From a virus (Duplodnaviria > Caudoviricetes): a DNA stretch of 41,989 nucleotides. The position numbers were made by a program, and so were the translations under genes. Shown here one piece after another: positions 9,529 to 19,258 of this stretch. The stretch lies in the IMG/VR virus record IMGVR_UViG_3300037474_000108, positions 1 through 41,989 of that record; one strand, given 5' to 3'. Position 1 is the first letter of the stretch. Each line of letters starts with the position of its first letter. The notes beneath the pieces are model-generated. The model saw nothing but the letters and a program-made list of their open reading frames with translations. It had not been told where the DNA came from and did no database searches.

Positions 9529-10229
9529 AAAGTGAAACCGATTCATCCCTCGATGTCCGGGACTGCGCGACGTCTGAGGCGCCGACGTGGACGATTCTCG
9601 TGCCGACCCTAGGTCAGCGCGAGCACCTGTTCGCGAGGCTTATGGGCGTGCTGCTGCCGCAGCTCGACGAGCACGAGGGGCGCGTGCGCGTGCTGGCGTG
9701 GCGCAACAACGGGCAGCCGTCGATCAGCGAGATACGCGACGCGCTGCTCGCGGCGGCCGGCACCGACTACGTCTCGTTCGTCGATGACGATGACCTCGTC
9801 CCTGAGTACTACGTCGCCGAGATCGTCAGGGCCCTCGACGAGCGTCCCGATCACGTTGGATTCAAGATCAAATACACCACCAATGACGAGCACGGGGAGA
9901 TAGTCGACCATTCGCTCAGGTGGGGCAAATGGGGACGCACCCTTGACGGGCAGCTCCACCGTGACGTCACACACATCGACCCCGTGAAGACCGACCTCGC
10001 GGTGCGCGGTCGCTTCTATGCCCGCCGCGGGCGAGCCGAAGATCGCGTGTGGGTCAAGCAGGTACGGCAGCACCTCGCGACCGAGGTCTACATCGACAAG
10101 ATCATGTACTTCTACCTCTACCGCGACGACACGACCGCGTGGCGCGAGCCCGACAAGATCCGCCCTGTCGCGGGCCGTCCGCATGTCGATAGCCCGTACT
10201 TCGCGTGGCACCCGGGAAGTGACACATGA
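9525..10229 (+). CDS. GT-A fold (family 2-like) glycosyltransferase
   Basis: WTILVPTL-x-R first strand; DYVSFVDDDD DxD motif; AEDRVW; YFYLYR. Confidence 0.88.
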   Translation: MKSETDSSLDVRDCATSEAPTWTILVPTLGQREHLFARLMGVLLPQLDEHEGRVRVLAWRNNGQPSISEIRDALLAAAGTDYVSFVDDDDLVPEYYVAEIVRALDERPDHVGFKIKYTTNDEHGEIVDHSLRWGKWGRTLDGQLHRDVTHIDPVKTDLAVRGRFYARRGRAEDRVWVKQVRQHLATEVYIDKIMYFYLYRDDTTAWREPDKIRPVAGRPHVDSPYFAWHPGSDT

Positions 10230-10960
10230 TCATCGTCGTCCCGACCCGGTCGCGCCCGCAGAACGTGCTGCCGATGGTCGCCGCCTTCGCCGAGACCGAG
10301 GCCTTCGCCGACGGCGTCGAGCTGTACTTCGTCGCCGACCGCGACGATCCCGCCTTCGAGGCGTACGCCGTGGCGGCACACGACGCGTCGCGCGTCGCCG
10401 GTGACGCGCGACGCGTCATCCTGCTCGACGCCTCGCAGCACGAGCAGCTCGTGCCGAAGCTCAACAAGGCGGCGCACTACCTGTGCATCACGCGGCACCC
10501 GAAGCACATCGGCTTCATGGGCGACGACCATCGCCCGCGTACGCCCGGGTGGGCCCGTATCTACCGTGCCGCCCTCGACGAGCTCGGCACGGGCATCGTG
10601 TCCTGCCCGGACGGCTACCGCCCGGACGACCTGCCGACGCAGTGGACGATGACCGCCGACATCGTCGAGGCCCTCGGCGGCCGGATGGTGCCGGCCCCGG
10701 TCGAGCACCTCTACTGCGATGACGCGATCCGCGACCTCGGCAAGGCGGCCGACTGCTACCGCTACCTCGCCGGCTGCCTCATCGAGCACGTGCACCCGGT
10801 CGCCGGCAAGACCGAGACCGACGAGCAGTACGACCGCGTGAACAGCAGGAACCAGTACCGGAGGGACCGGCCGAGTTACCGTACGTGGAAACGCGACGGC
10901 GGGCTCGCTTGGGACGCTCAGACCGTCGTCAACCTCCGTACGCAGAAAGGCACGCCATGA
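10226..10960 (+). CDS. Second GT-A fold glycosyltransferase
   Basis: IIVVPTRSRP, FVADRDDP, FMGDDHRPRTPGW, HLYCDD, IEHVHP. Confidence 0.85.
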   Translation: MIIVVPTRSRPQNVLPMVAAFAETEAFADGVELYFVADRDDPAFEAYAVAAHDASRVAGDARRVILLDASQHEQLVPKLNKAAHYLCITRHPKHIGFMGDDHRPRTPGWARIYRAALDELGTGIVSCPDGYRPDDLPTQWTMTADIVEALGGRMVPAPVEHLYCDDAIRDLGKAADCYRYLAGCLIEHVHPVAGKTETDEQYDRVNSRNQYRRDRPSYRTWKRDGGLAWDAQTVVNLRTQKGTP

Positions 10961-11454
10961 CCACAGAGATCGTCGTAGCGACCCGCAGCGGGCTCGCTGA
11001 GGGCCCCGACGGCGCGAAGTACCGCCTCGCCCGCGGCCGGACCCTCGCCGACGCCCGCCACCCGCTCGCCGCCGCGCACCCTGAACTGTTCGCGCCGTAC
11101 ACGATCGACCTGCCGTACGAGGGCGACGAGGCGTCGAGCGCGGCCGGGGCCGACGGATACAAGGGCCCCGACGCGCAGGTTCTCGAAGACGCGCGAGCCA
11201 GCCTCGAAGAGGCGCAGGGAACCGCCGAGCTCTACCGTGCGCAGCTCGCCGCCATCGCCGACGGGCTGCACGAGCGCGGCCTCGTGCCGGCCGACCTCGA
11301 CACCGAGCGCGAGGGCTGGCTCGCCGAGCTCGTGTTCGCGGTCATCGACCGGCAGCAGGCCGGCGCCGAGCCTCAGGTCGAGGCGCCGACCGTCGAGCCC
11401 GGACCGCTCCCGCGCCCGCGCAAGCGCGCGGCGCGCCCCCGGACGGCCGAGTAG
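10957..11454 (+). CDS. Hypothetical protein in the morphogenesis operon
   Basis: AAAGG RBS and ATGA coupling; central coiled coil; basic C-terminus. Confidence 0.65.
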   Translation: MTTEIVVATRSGLAEGPDGAKYRLARGRTLADARHPLAAAHPELFAPYTIDLPYEGDEASSAAGADGYKGPDAQVLEDARASLEEAQGTAELYRAQLAAIADGLHERGLVPADLDTEREGWLAELVFAVIDRQQAGAEPQVEAPTVEPGPLPRPRKRAARPRTAE

Positions 11455-11456
11455 CG

Positions 11457-11831
11457 ATGGCGATCGTCCGCAGGAAGACCGTCACGGTCAAGGGCCTGCC
11501 GAAGCTGCTCGTCAAGCTCGGCCGCCTCGGCGACGTGGTCGACGCCGCGAGCCGCCGCGCGGTCAAGGCCGAGACGTACGACGTGCGCGACGACATGAAG
11601 CGCGGGGCCCCGTTCAAGACGGGCGCCCTGCGCGAGTCGATTCAGGCCGAGTACGACGACAGGGCGATCCGAGGCCGCGCGGTCGCGACCGCGCGGTACG
11701 CCGGCTTCGTCGAGAACGGCACCGACGACACGCGCGCGCAGCCGTTCGCGCAGCCCGCCGCCGAGGTGTCGCGCCGCCGCTTCCCGAAGCGCACGAAGGC
11801 CGAGGTCATTGCGGGGTTGAAGGCGCTATGA
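11457..11831 (+). CDS. HK97 gp10-like tail completion protein
   Basis: APFKTGALRESI..YAGFVENGT..AQPF. Confidence 0.9.
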   Translation: MAIVRRKTVTVKGLPKLLVKLGRLGDVVDAASRRAVKAETYDVRDDMKRGAPFKTGALRESIQAEYDDRAIRGRAVATARYAGFVENGTDDTRAQPFAQPAAEVSRRRFPKRTKAEVIAGLKAL

Positions 11832-12292
11832 GCATCACGATGCACAGTCCGATCACCGCGATTCAGAAGGTCATCGTCGCGACGCTCCGCGGCGATGCCA
11901 CCCTCGCGGCCCTGCTGGCGCCCATCAAGGGCGTCACGCCGAACACGCCGGCTGTTGTCGACCAACCGCCGGAGGGGCAGCTCAAGCCCTACATCCGCGT
12001 CGGCGATCAGCTCTCGATCCCCGATCACGACCACACCTCGGGCGGTCGGGAGGTCACGTGCACCTTGCACGTGTGGACGAAGGAGCGCAGCAGCAAGCCA
12101 GGGCAGACGATCGCCGACCGGGTGACCGAGCTGCTCGACCATCAGGTTGCCTCGTTCTCGGCCCCGCTCGAGGCCCTCGGGCACCGATGCGTGACCATCC
12201 GGCAGGAATTCGATCAGGCGCTCGAAGACCCTGACCCCGAGATCAGGCATCATGTACTCAGGTTCCGCATTCAGACACAGCAGCTCACGTAG
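11828..12292 (+). CDS. Tail terminator (DUF3168-like)
   Basis: IQKVIVATL..DQPP..PYIRVG..LHVW..HHVLRFRI; precedes the major tail gene. Confidence 0.85.
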   Translation: MSITMHSPITAIQKVIVATLRGDATLAALLAPIKGVTPNTPAVVDQPPEGQLKPYIRVGDQLSIPDHDHTSGGREVTCTLHVWTKERSSKPGQTIADRVTELLDHQVASFSAPLEALGHRCVTIRQEFDQALEDPDPEIRHHVLRFRIQTQQLT

Positions 12293-12306
12293 AGGAGGCG
12301 CCGCCG

Positions 12307-12747
12307 ATGAGCGGTCGCGACGGGTTCGGCACGCATTTTCGGCGCGCCACTACGATCACTCCGGGCACCACCTTCGAGACGATCGCCAACGTCACGAACA
12401 TCAAGGGCCCGGACCGCAAGCGGGAGACCATCGACGTCACGGCGCACGACTCGCCGAACGGTTGGATGGAGTTCATCGGCGGGCTCAAGGATGGCGGCGA
12501 GATTCAGCTCGACATCAATTACGACCCCGAGCAGACGACGCACGACCTCGACGACGACTTCGACGACGCCGCGCCGCGCAACTATCGCATCGTCCTGTTC
12601 CCGGGAACCGCCGACGAGTGGACGTGGACCATCAAGGGGATCATGACCAACCTCGGTGACGAGTTCCCGTACGACGACAAGATGGGTCGTAGCATGACCA
12701 TCAAGGTCACGGGCAAGCCTTCGCTCGACCAGTCGAGCGGCAGCTAG
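12307..12747 (+). CDS. Major tail (tube) protein
   Basis: GAGGAGG RBS; ETIDVTAHDS..EFIGGLKDGGE..KVTGKP (lambda-like tube). Confidence 0.92.
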   Translation: MSGRDGFGTHFRRATTITPGTTFETIANVTNIKGPDRKRETIDVTAHDSPNGWMEFIGGLKDGGEIQLDINYDPEQTTHDLDDDFDDAAPRNYRIVLFPGTADEWTWTIKGIMTNLGDEFPYDDKMGRSMTIKVTGKPSLDQSSGS

Positions 12748-12770
12748 GCACAAAGGGAGAGAAAAGCACG

Positions 12771-13202
12771 ATGACAGAACCCAACATGACCGCGACGGAC
12801 ACGCCCGAGGAATTCCTCGGGCGTGACGCGATCATCGACGCCGACGACCGCAGTTACGAGTCGGTCGACGTCCCCGAGTGGGGCGGAAAGGTGCGCGTGC
12901 GCGGCCTGACCGGTGCACAGCGGGACGCCTACGAGGAATCGCTCGTCATCACGAACGGAAACAGCCGGAAGGTCAACCTCGCGAACGCCCGCGCCAAGAT
13001 GTGCGTTCTCGCGATCGTCGACCGCGAGGGCCGGCAGGTGTTCTCGGCCGACGACGTGCGGGCCCTCGGCCGCAAGAGCGCGGCGCCGATCGAGCGCGTC
13101 TTCGACGTCGCCCGCCGGCTGAGCGGCATGTCCGACGAGGACGTCGAGAAGCTGACGGAAAATTTCGGCAGCGACCCGAGCGACGGCGGTACTTCCGACT
13201 AG
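12771..13202 (+). CDS. Tail assembly chaperone (G)
   Basis: VDVPEWGGKVRVRGLTG-x-RD; lies between tube and TMP. Confidence 0.9.
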   Translation: MTEPNMTATDTPEEFLGRDAIIDADDRSYESVDVPEWGGKVRVRGLTGAQRDAYEESLVITNGNSRKVNLANARAKMCVLAIVDREGRQVFSADDVRALGRKSAAPIERVFDVARRLSGMSDEDVEKLTENFGSDPSDGGTSD

Positions 13203-13504
13203 CCCTCGCGCTCGGGTGCACGGTCGACGAGCTGCTCGCCCGGATCACCTCGCGCGAGCTGACCGAATGGGAAGCGTATGAGGCCGTAAACGGTCCGATC
13301 GGCGGCGAGCGGCTCGACCAACTGTTCGCGATGCTCGCCTCGGTCATCGCGAACGTGAACCGCAGCAAGAAACAGCGGCCCTACACGGCCGAGCAGTTCC
13401 TGCCGAAGTGGCAGGCGAAACGCGAGACGGAGAATGGCGAGCTCGACCCCGAGCAGTTGCTTCGCACGGTCAAGCGCCTGCACAAGGCGATGGGAGGTGG
13501 CTAG
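13160..13504 (+). CDS. Tail assembly chaperone GT extension via -1 programmed frameshift
   Basis: In-frame slippery heptamer A AAT TTC at 13160-13166; the -1 frame reads FRLALALGCTVDELLARITSRELTEWEAY and stops at 13504. Confidence 0.85.
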   Translation, partial: KFRQRPERRRYFRLALALGCTVDELLARITSRELTEWEAYEAVNGPIGGERLDQLFAMLASVIANVNRSKKQRPYTAEQFLPKWQAKRETENGELDPEQLLRTVKRLHKAMGGG

Positions 13505-15616
13505 GTGTCGACTCTCGCTGATCTGCTGATCGAGATCGGTATCGACGTGGACGACGTCCGCAAGGGCGCCAAGACCGTCGGTAACGACCTCTCGAAGGCG
13601 TTCACGAAGGTCGACGGCGTCGCCGGCAAGGCGATCCGCACCCTCGCCGGAATGTCCGCCGTCGTGCCCCTGGCGGGGGGCGCGGCGGCGGGCGTCATCA
13701 GCCTCGGCGCCGCACTCACGGCAGGGGCGGCGGCCGTCGGCGTGTTCGGGGCGGTCACCAAGACCGCGATGACCGACGTCACCGAGGCGGCTACCAAGCA
13801 GCAGGATCTGACCGACAAGATCGCGCTCTACAAGACCGAGGCGCGCCTCGCCGCGAAGGCGGGGCAGGACAATTCGAAGTACCTCAAGAAGCAGGCCGAG
13901 GCGACTCTCGAATTGCAGGCACGGCTGAAGAACCTTCCGCCCGCAACCCGCTCGGCGACCGAGGCTTTCATTCAGCTCAAGTCGGACTGGCAGGATTTCG
14001 TCGAGACGAACAAGCCTGCCGTTTTCGGCATCATGACGCGCGGATACAAGCTCATCGGCTCGACCGTACTGAAGCTCCAACCGCTCTTCGATATCGGCGA
14101 GCGAGCGGTCTCGCGCTTCCTCGGCGCCCTCGAGAACGCTGCCGACGGCGGGTTCATCGACCGCCTGATTGCGCGTGCCGGCCCAGCGATGAACTCGCTC
14201 ACCAATATCGTGCTCAACCTCGGCAAGACCTTCGCCAACATCTTCGGCCGCTTCGGCGCCGAGCAGGGGCAGAGCATCCTGACGTGGCTCGACAACGTCA
14301 CGGCGAAGTGGCTCGTCTGGTCGAATGCGACCGGGCAGAACTCGGGCCTCACGAAGATCGTCGACTACATGCAGAGTGAGGGCCCGAAGCTCGTCACGAC
14401 GCTCGGCGACATCGCGGTTGCCGCCGTCCACATCGCGACCGCGGTCGCGCCCCTGGCGCCCGTCACGACGGCGGTCGCCTCGGCCCTCGCGCAGCTCGTC
14501 GCCGCCGTTCCGCCGAGCTGGATCACTGCGTTCGTCGCGGGCTTCCTTGCGGTCAACGCTGCGATGAAGGTCTACACCGCGTACACGATCGCCGCGCAGG
14601 TCGCGACGAAGGCGGCGGCGGTCGCGCAGGTCGCATGGAAGATCGCCCTCGGCGCCTCGAATTTCGTGCTCGCCTCGGCGCAGGTCGCCGTATACCTCGC
14701 GAAGGTCATCGCCGTCCGCGCCGCGACCGGCCTCGCGGTCGCGGCGCAGGCCCTGTGGAACGCTGCCCTCGTCGCCGGCAACTTCGCCGCGGCGACCGCG
14801 CAGCTCGCCGGTTTCCTCATCAAGCAGGGCGCGATAGCCGTCGCGACGAAGGCGTGGGCCGCCGCTCAGTGGCTGCTGAACATCGCGATGGATGCGAACC
14901 CGATCGGCCTGATCGTTCTCGGCGTCGCTGCCCTGATCGCGGTCATCGTGCTGCTGTGGAACCACAGCGAGGCATTCCGCAAGTTCTGGATCGCCGCGTG
15001 GAACATGATCAAGACTGCGGCGGTCGCTGCGTGGAATTGGATCAAGAATGCTGCGGTCGTCGTCTTCAACTTCCTCGTCGCCGCCGTCAAGAAGTACATC
15101 TCGATCTACGTCGGCGCGTGGAAGCTCGTGGCGAGCGCGGCGATAGCCGCCTGGAATTGGATCAAGACGAAGGCGTCGCAGTTCTTCAATTGGATCCTGT
15201 CCATCCCGAGCAAGATCAACTCGCGCTTGGCGTCGATGTGGAACGGGCTCAAGTCGGGTTTCCGCTCGGCGATCAACTGGGTGATCGGGAAATGGAACTC
15301 GCTGCACTTCTCGATCCCCTCGTTCACCGTGCTCGGCCACACCTTCGGCGGCGGCACGATCGGTGTGCCCGCGATCCCGCAACTCGCCAAGGGCGGCATC
15401 GTCTCGCCTCGCTCGGGCGGCACGATGGTCAACGTCGCCGAGGCGGGCGAGCCCGAGGTCGTCGCGCCGCTGTCGCAGCTTCCCGACCTTGCCGGCCGCG
15501 ACGAGCGGCCGATCGTCGTGCAGATCGTGCCGGGCGGCGAGCAGGAGTTCCGGCGCTGGATCCGTAAGAGCTTCCGCGTGAAGAACGGCGGCAGCGGACA
15601 GGTGGTGCTCGCGTGA
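13505..15616 (+). CDS. Tape measure protein
   Basis: 703 aa, Ala-rich; AAQWLLNIAMDANPIG; ~11-aa Trp periodicity; LAKGGIV..EAGEPEVVAPL. Confidence 0.93.
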   Translation: MSTLADLLIEIGIDVDDVRKGAKTVGNDLSKAFTKVDGVAGKAIRTLAGMSAVVPLAGGAAAGVISLGAALTAGAAAVGVFGAVTKTAMTDVTEAATKQQDLTDKIALYKTEARLAAKAGQDNSKYLKKQAEATLELQARLKNLPPATRSATEAFIQLKSDWQDFVETNKPAVFGIMTRGYKLIGSTVLKLQPLFDIGERAVSRFLGALENAADGGFIDRLIARAGPAMNSLTNIVLNLGKTFANIFGRFGAEQGQSILTWLDNVTAKWLVWSNATGQNSGLTKIVDYMQSEGPKLVTTLGDIAVAAVHIATAVAPLAPVTTAVASALAQLVAAVPPSWITAFVAGFLAVNAAMKVYTAYTIAAQVATKAAAVAQVAWKIALGASNFVLASAQVAVYLAKVIAVRAATGLAVAAQALWNAALVAGNFAAATAQLAGFLIKQGAIAVATKAWAAAQWLLNIAMDANPIGLIVLGVAALIAVIVLLWNHSEAFRKFWIAAWNMIKTAAVAAWNWIKNAAVVVFNFLVAAVKKYISIYVGAWKLVASAAIAAWNWIKTKASQFFNWILSIPSKINSRLASMWNGLKSGFRSAINWVIGKWNSLHFSIPSFTVLGHTFGGGTIGVPAIPQLAKGGIVSPRSGGTMVNVAEAGEPEVVAPLSQLPDLAGRDERPIVVQIVPGGEQEFRRWIRKSFRVKNGGSGQVVLA

Positions 15617-18600
15617 CCTCGGCGATCACGGGCCTCGTCAAGCCTCGCATCGAGATCGCGCCGGGCGGCGACCCTGCCGGCGACCCCTCGCTGTGGCTGT
15701 GGCAGGACGCGGGCAAGCGCCGCGCAAAGGCCGACATCGCGATCACCGCGGGGCGCGACGACGAGGCGAGCGAGGTCGAGGCGGGCTCGCTCAGCACGAC
15801 GATGGACAACCGCGACGGTCGCCTCTCGCCGCGCAACATCCTCGGCAAGTGGTACGGCAGCCTCGGCCGCGGCACGCCGCTGCGCACGGTCCTCGACCGC
15901 GTCAGCGACACGTTCACCCGCACCGTGGCGAGCGGGTGGGGCACGAGCCCGGAGGGGTTCGCGTGGACGGTGAGCGGCGGCACGGCGGCGGTGAACGGCT
16001 CGGCGGCGACGATGGTCCTCGCGACCAACAACGCCACCCGCAACGTCCTGACCGACGCGGGCTCGCCCGACGTCGAAATCGTCTGGTCGACCACGCTGCC
16101 CGTAATGCCGACGGGCGCCGCCTTCGTCTCGGCCGCTCTGCTGCGGCACACCGACGCGAGCAACTACATCCGTGCGCACGTCGAGCTGCAAGCCGCCGGC
16201 ACGGTCGCCGTCAAGGTCCAGCGGGTCTACCTCGGCGCCCAGTCCGATCTGCTCGCGCTCACCGCGACCAGCGTGACCTACTCGGCCGGCACGAAGGTAT
16301 GGGGCAAGGCGCGGGCCGACGGTCCGTACATCATGGTCAAGACGTGGACGGGCGCCCTGACCGACGAGCCGGCCACGTGGCAGGGCGTCACGACCGACGA
16401 CTCGGTCGAGGGCGCGGGCGCCGGGTGGTTTGGCTGGCGGATCAACACGAACGCCGGCACCTACACCGCCAACATCGACGACTTCACGCTTACCAACTTG
16501 CTGTGGTCCGGCAACGTGCCCGAGTGGTCGCCGAGGTGGCCCGAGAAGAGTGGCACCGACTCGACCGTTCCGGTCGCCGCCGCGGGCATCCTGCGGCGGC
16601 TCTCGCAGGGCGCGAGCCCGGTCAAGAGCCCGCTCTACAACCAGCTCTCCTCGATGCCCTCGCGCGGCGTCACGACCTTCGGCTACTACCCGCTCGAGGA
16701 GTCGGCGGGCGCGACCCGCCCCTCCGAGGCGAGCGGCGGCACGCCGGCGAGCGTCTATGACGTGAGCTTCGCCGGCGACGACACGCTCGCCGGCTCGGCG
16801 CCGACCGCCGTGCTCAACACCGCGGCGAGCTCGATCATCAATGTCCCGATCCGCAGCGTCACGAGCGGGTCGTCGACCGGGTTCGCCTGCTTGTGGTTCT
16901 TCCGGATGGACTCGCTCCCCTCGGTCGACACCGAGATGGTCGAGATCAAGGCGGCCGGGACGATGTCCCGCTTCGAGGTGCACGTCGATGCGACCAACGT
17001 CTCGTGGAAGGCCTACGACAACACGAATGCGCTGCTCACCTCGGGCGGCCCGGCGATCTACGTGGTCGACCCGACCAAATGGGTCGCGATGCAGATGGAG
17101 ACCAACGTCTCGGGCGGGACCGTCACGGTTTCGCTCATCTGGCATCAAGTCGGCAGCAGCACGTTCTACGCCCTGAACAACACCTACTCGGGCACCTCGC
17201 AGCGGCCGACGTACTTCTCGATGCTCAGCGGCACCGACAACTGGTCGGCCGCTCATCTGTGGTTCGGCAGCAACGCACTCCCCTTCGTCGACTCGACATT
17301 CATGCTCGTCGCGGACGGCTACCGCGGCGAGGAGGCCGGCACGCGCTTCGCGCGCTTGTGCACCGAGAACAACGTCCCCGCGTACGTGCTCAGCGGCAGC
17401 ACCGAGCCGATGGGCCGGCAACCCATCACGAAGCTCGTCGACCTGCTGCGCGAGTGCGAGGCGGCCGATCAGGCGCTGCTGTGCGAGCGCGGTAACGCGC
17501 TCATGTTCGTCCCGCGCGTGCGCCGGTACAACCCGTCGACCACCCTCGCCCTCGACTGGTCCCTCGGGCACCTCGACGACGCGCCCGAACCGACCGACGA
17601 CGACCAGCGGCTACGGAACCTCATCACGGTCGCGCGGTCGAGCGGCTCGTCGGTCACCCTCTCCGATCAGTCGTCGATCGACGCGACGGGCACGTACGAC
17701 GATAGCGTGACCCTGAACATCGCCTACGACGATCGGCTCACCGACTTCGCCTCGTGGCTGCTCAGCCTCGGCACGGCGGACTATCTACGCTGGCCGAGAA
17801 TCAAGATCAATCTGATTGCGCATCCCGAGCTCATCCCGCAGTGGCTCGCCTGCCGGATCGGCTCGCGGGTGACCGTCGCCAATCCGCCGGCAGCACAGCT
17901 TGCCGGCGAAGTGATCGACGTGCTGATCGAGGGTTTCACCGAGACGATCAACAACTACGAGTGGACGGTTGAGCTCGCCTGCTCGCCCGCTCAGCCATGG
18001 CTCATCGGCACGTACGACGACCCGAGCCATCGGCTCGACGCCGACTCCTACCTCGAACTCGCGATGACCGAGACCGACACGCTCGCGAGCGTGATCGCCG
18101 TGACCCGCGACGGTTTCTGGTCGAGCACGGGCGTCCCGTACGACGTGAAGATCTCGGGGCAGATCAACACGGTCGTCGGCATGAGCCTGCCCGACAGCGT
18201 CGCCACGGGCGACGGCACCTTCGAGAACGGTCTCGGTGGGTGGGTCGCCTCGGGCGGCTCGATCGCGCTCGACACCACCCGGGCCCACACGGGCAGCAAG
18301 TCGGCGAAGCTCACGGTCTCGGGAAGCCCGACGTCGTCGCTCATCCGCGAGCAGGGGCACACGGTCGCGTCGGCACCCGGGCGGACGTATACCGCGTCGA
18401 TGTGGGTCTACTGCTCGGTCAGCCGGAGCGTGACCGCGGTGATCGACTTCTACAACGGCGCGACGTACCTTTCGTCGGCCTTCAACGCGGTCAGCGTCAC
18501 GGCGAACACGTGGACGCTCATCTCGGTCACGAGCGGGGCGGCACCCGCCTCGACGACCCGGATCGAATACGGGCCGACCATGGGCAGCTCGCCCGCCAAC

Positions 18601-18759
18601 GGAACCACGCTCAACGTCGATGATGTCGACATCGTGCGCACCGACTTCCTCAACTGGCGGCAGCTCGCGACGCTCAGCCGCGGTACCGATGGCTTCACGA
18701 AGGCGTTGCCGGCCGACGCCTCGTTCCGGATCGCCTCGCCCGCGCGGTACGCGCTGTGA
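15613..18759 (+). CDS. Large minor tail protein (hub-like and LamG-like regions, C-terminal CBM-like domain)
   Basis: 1048 aa after TMP; MDNRDGRLSP, YYPLEE, PTDDDQRLRN; GTFENG..AHTGSKS..YTASMWV..VDDV. Confidence 0.85.
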   Translation: MTSAITGLVKPRIEIAPGGDPAGDPSLWLWQDAGKRRAKADIAITAGRDDEASEVEAGSLSTTMDNRDGRLSPRNILGKWYGSLGRGTPLRTVLDRVSDTFTRTVASGWGTSPEGFAWTVSGGTAAVNGSAATMVLATNNATRNVLTDAGSPDVEIVWSTTLPVMPTGAAFVSAALLRHTDASNYIRAHVELQAAGTVAVKVQRVYLGAQSDLLALTATSVTYSAGTKVWGKARADGPYIMVKTWTGALTDEPATWQGVTTDDSVEGAGAGWFGWRINTNAGTYTANIDDFTLTNLLWSGNVPEWSPRWPEKSGTDSTVPVAAAGILRRLSQGASPVKSPLYNQLSSMPSRGVTTFGYYPLEESAGATRPSEASGGTPASVYDVSFAGDDTLAGSAPTAVLNTAASSIINVPIRSVTSGSSTGFACLWFFRMDSLPSVDTEMVEIKAAGTMSRFEVHVDATNVSWKAYDNTNALLTSGGPAIYVVDPTKWVAMQMETNVSGGTVTVSLIWHQVGSSTFYALNNTYSGTSQRPTYFSMLSGTDNWSAAHLWFGSNALPFVDSTFMLVADGYRGEEAGTRFARLCTENNVPAYVLSGSTEPMGRQPITKLVDLLRECEAADQALLCERGNALMFVPRVRRYNPSTTLALDWSLGHLDDAPEPTDDDQRLRNLITVARSSGSSVTLSDQSSIDATGTYDDSVTLNIAYDDRLTDFASWLLSLGTADYLRWPRIKINLIAHPELIPQWLACRIGSRVTVANPPAAQLAGEVIDVLIEGFTETINNYEWTVELACSPAQPWLIGTYDDPSHRLDADSYLELAMTETDTLASVIAVTRDGFWSSTGVPYDVKISGQINTVVGMSLPDSVATGDGTFENGLGGWVASGGSIALDTTRAHTGSKSAKLTVSGSPTSSLIREQGHTVASAPGRTYTASMWVYCSVSRSVTAVIDFYNGATYLSSAFNAVSVTANTWTLISVTSGAAPASTTRIEYGPTMGSSPANGTTLNVDDVDIVRTDFLNWRQLATLSRGTDGFTKALPADASFRIASPARYAL

Positions 18760-18776
18760 CCAGGAAGGATTGACGC

Positions 18777-19229
18777 ATGACCGTCTTTGCGGGCGACGAG
18801 ATCTTCGCCGCCGACGTCAATGAGCTGATCGACCGGCAGAATACGGTGATCTTCACGGGCGACTCGTCCACGTGGAGCGGCACCGAGGCTTCGGCGATGA
18901 GCATCACTATCTCGGCGATCAGCGGCGCCAAGTACAAGATCGTTTTCGAGGGCCGGGTATCGACCGACATCGCGGCCGACGCCGCCTTCATCCGTGTCCG
19001 CGAGGACAGCCTGAGCGGCAACCAGCTCAACTACACGAACGTCTACCTGCCGACCACAACGGGAAACGGATGGCAGGCCCGCGCTTACGCCGAGTGGACG
19101 GCGACGAGCACGGGAAACAAGACCTTCGTGATCACCGGGCAGCGCTCGATCGGCACGGGCGTCGCGCACCGTATCCGGGCCGCCGGCAACGGTCCCGCCT
19201 ATCTCTACGTTGATCGAATCGCCAACTAG
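18777..19229 (+). CDS. Minor tail protein
   Basis: FAGDEIFAADVN N-terminus; beta-rich; AGGAAGGA RBS. Confidence 0.7.
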   Translation: MTVFAGDEIFAADVNELIDRQNTVIFTGDSSTWSGTEASAMSITISAISGAKYKIVFEGRVSTDIAADAAFIRVREDSLSGNQLNYTNVYLPTTTGNGWQARAYAEWTATSTGNKTFVITGQRSIGTGVAHRIRAAGNGPAYLYVDRIAN

Positions 19230-19258
19230 CTAGCAGCTTGACGGGTACTCTCGGAGGT

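Noticed and set aside
19226-19243. CTAGCTAGCAGC before the lysin as another operator
   Set aside because: Only a partial half site overlapping a TAG stop, with no properly spaced -10; too weak to call
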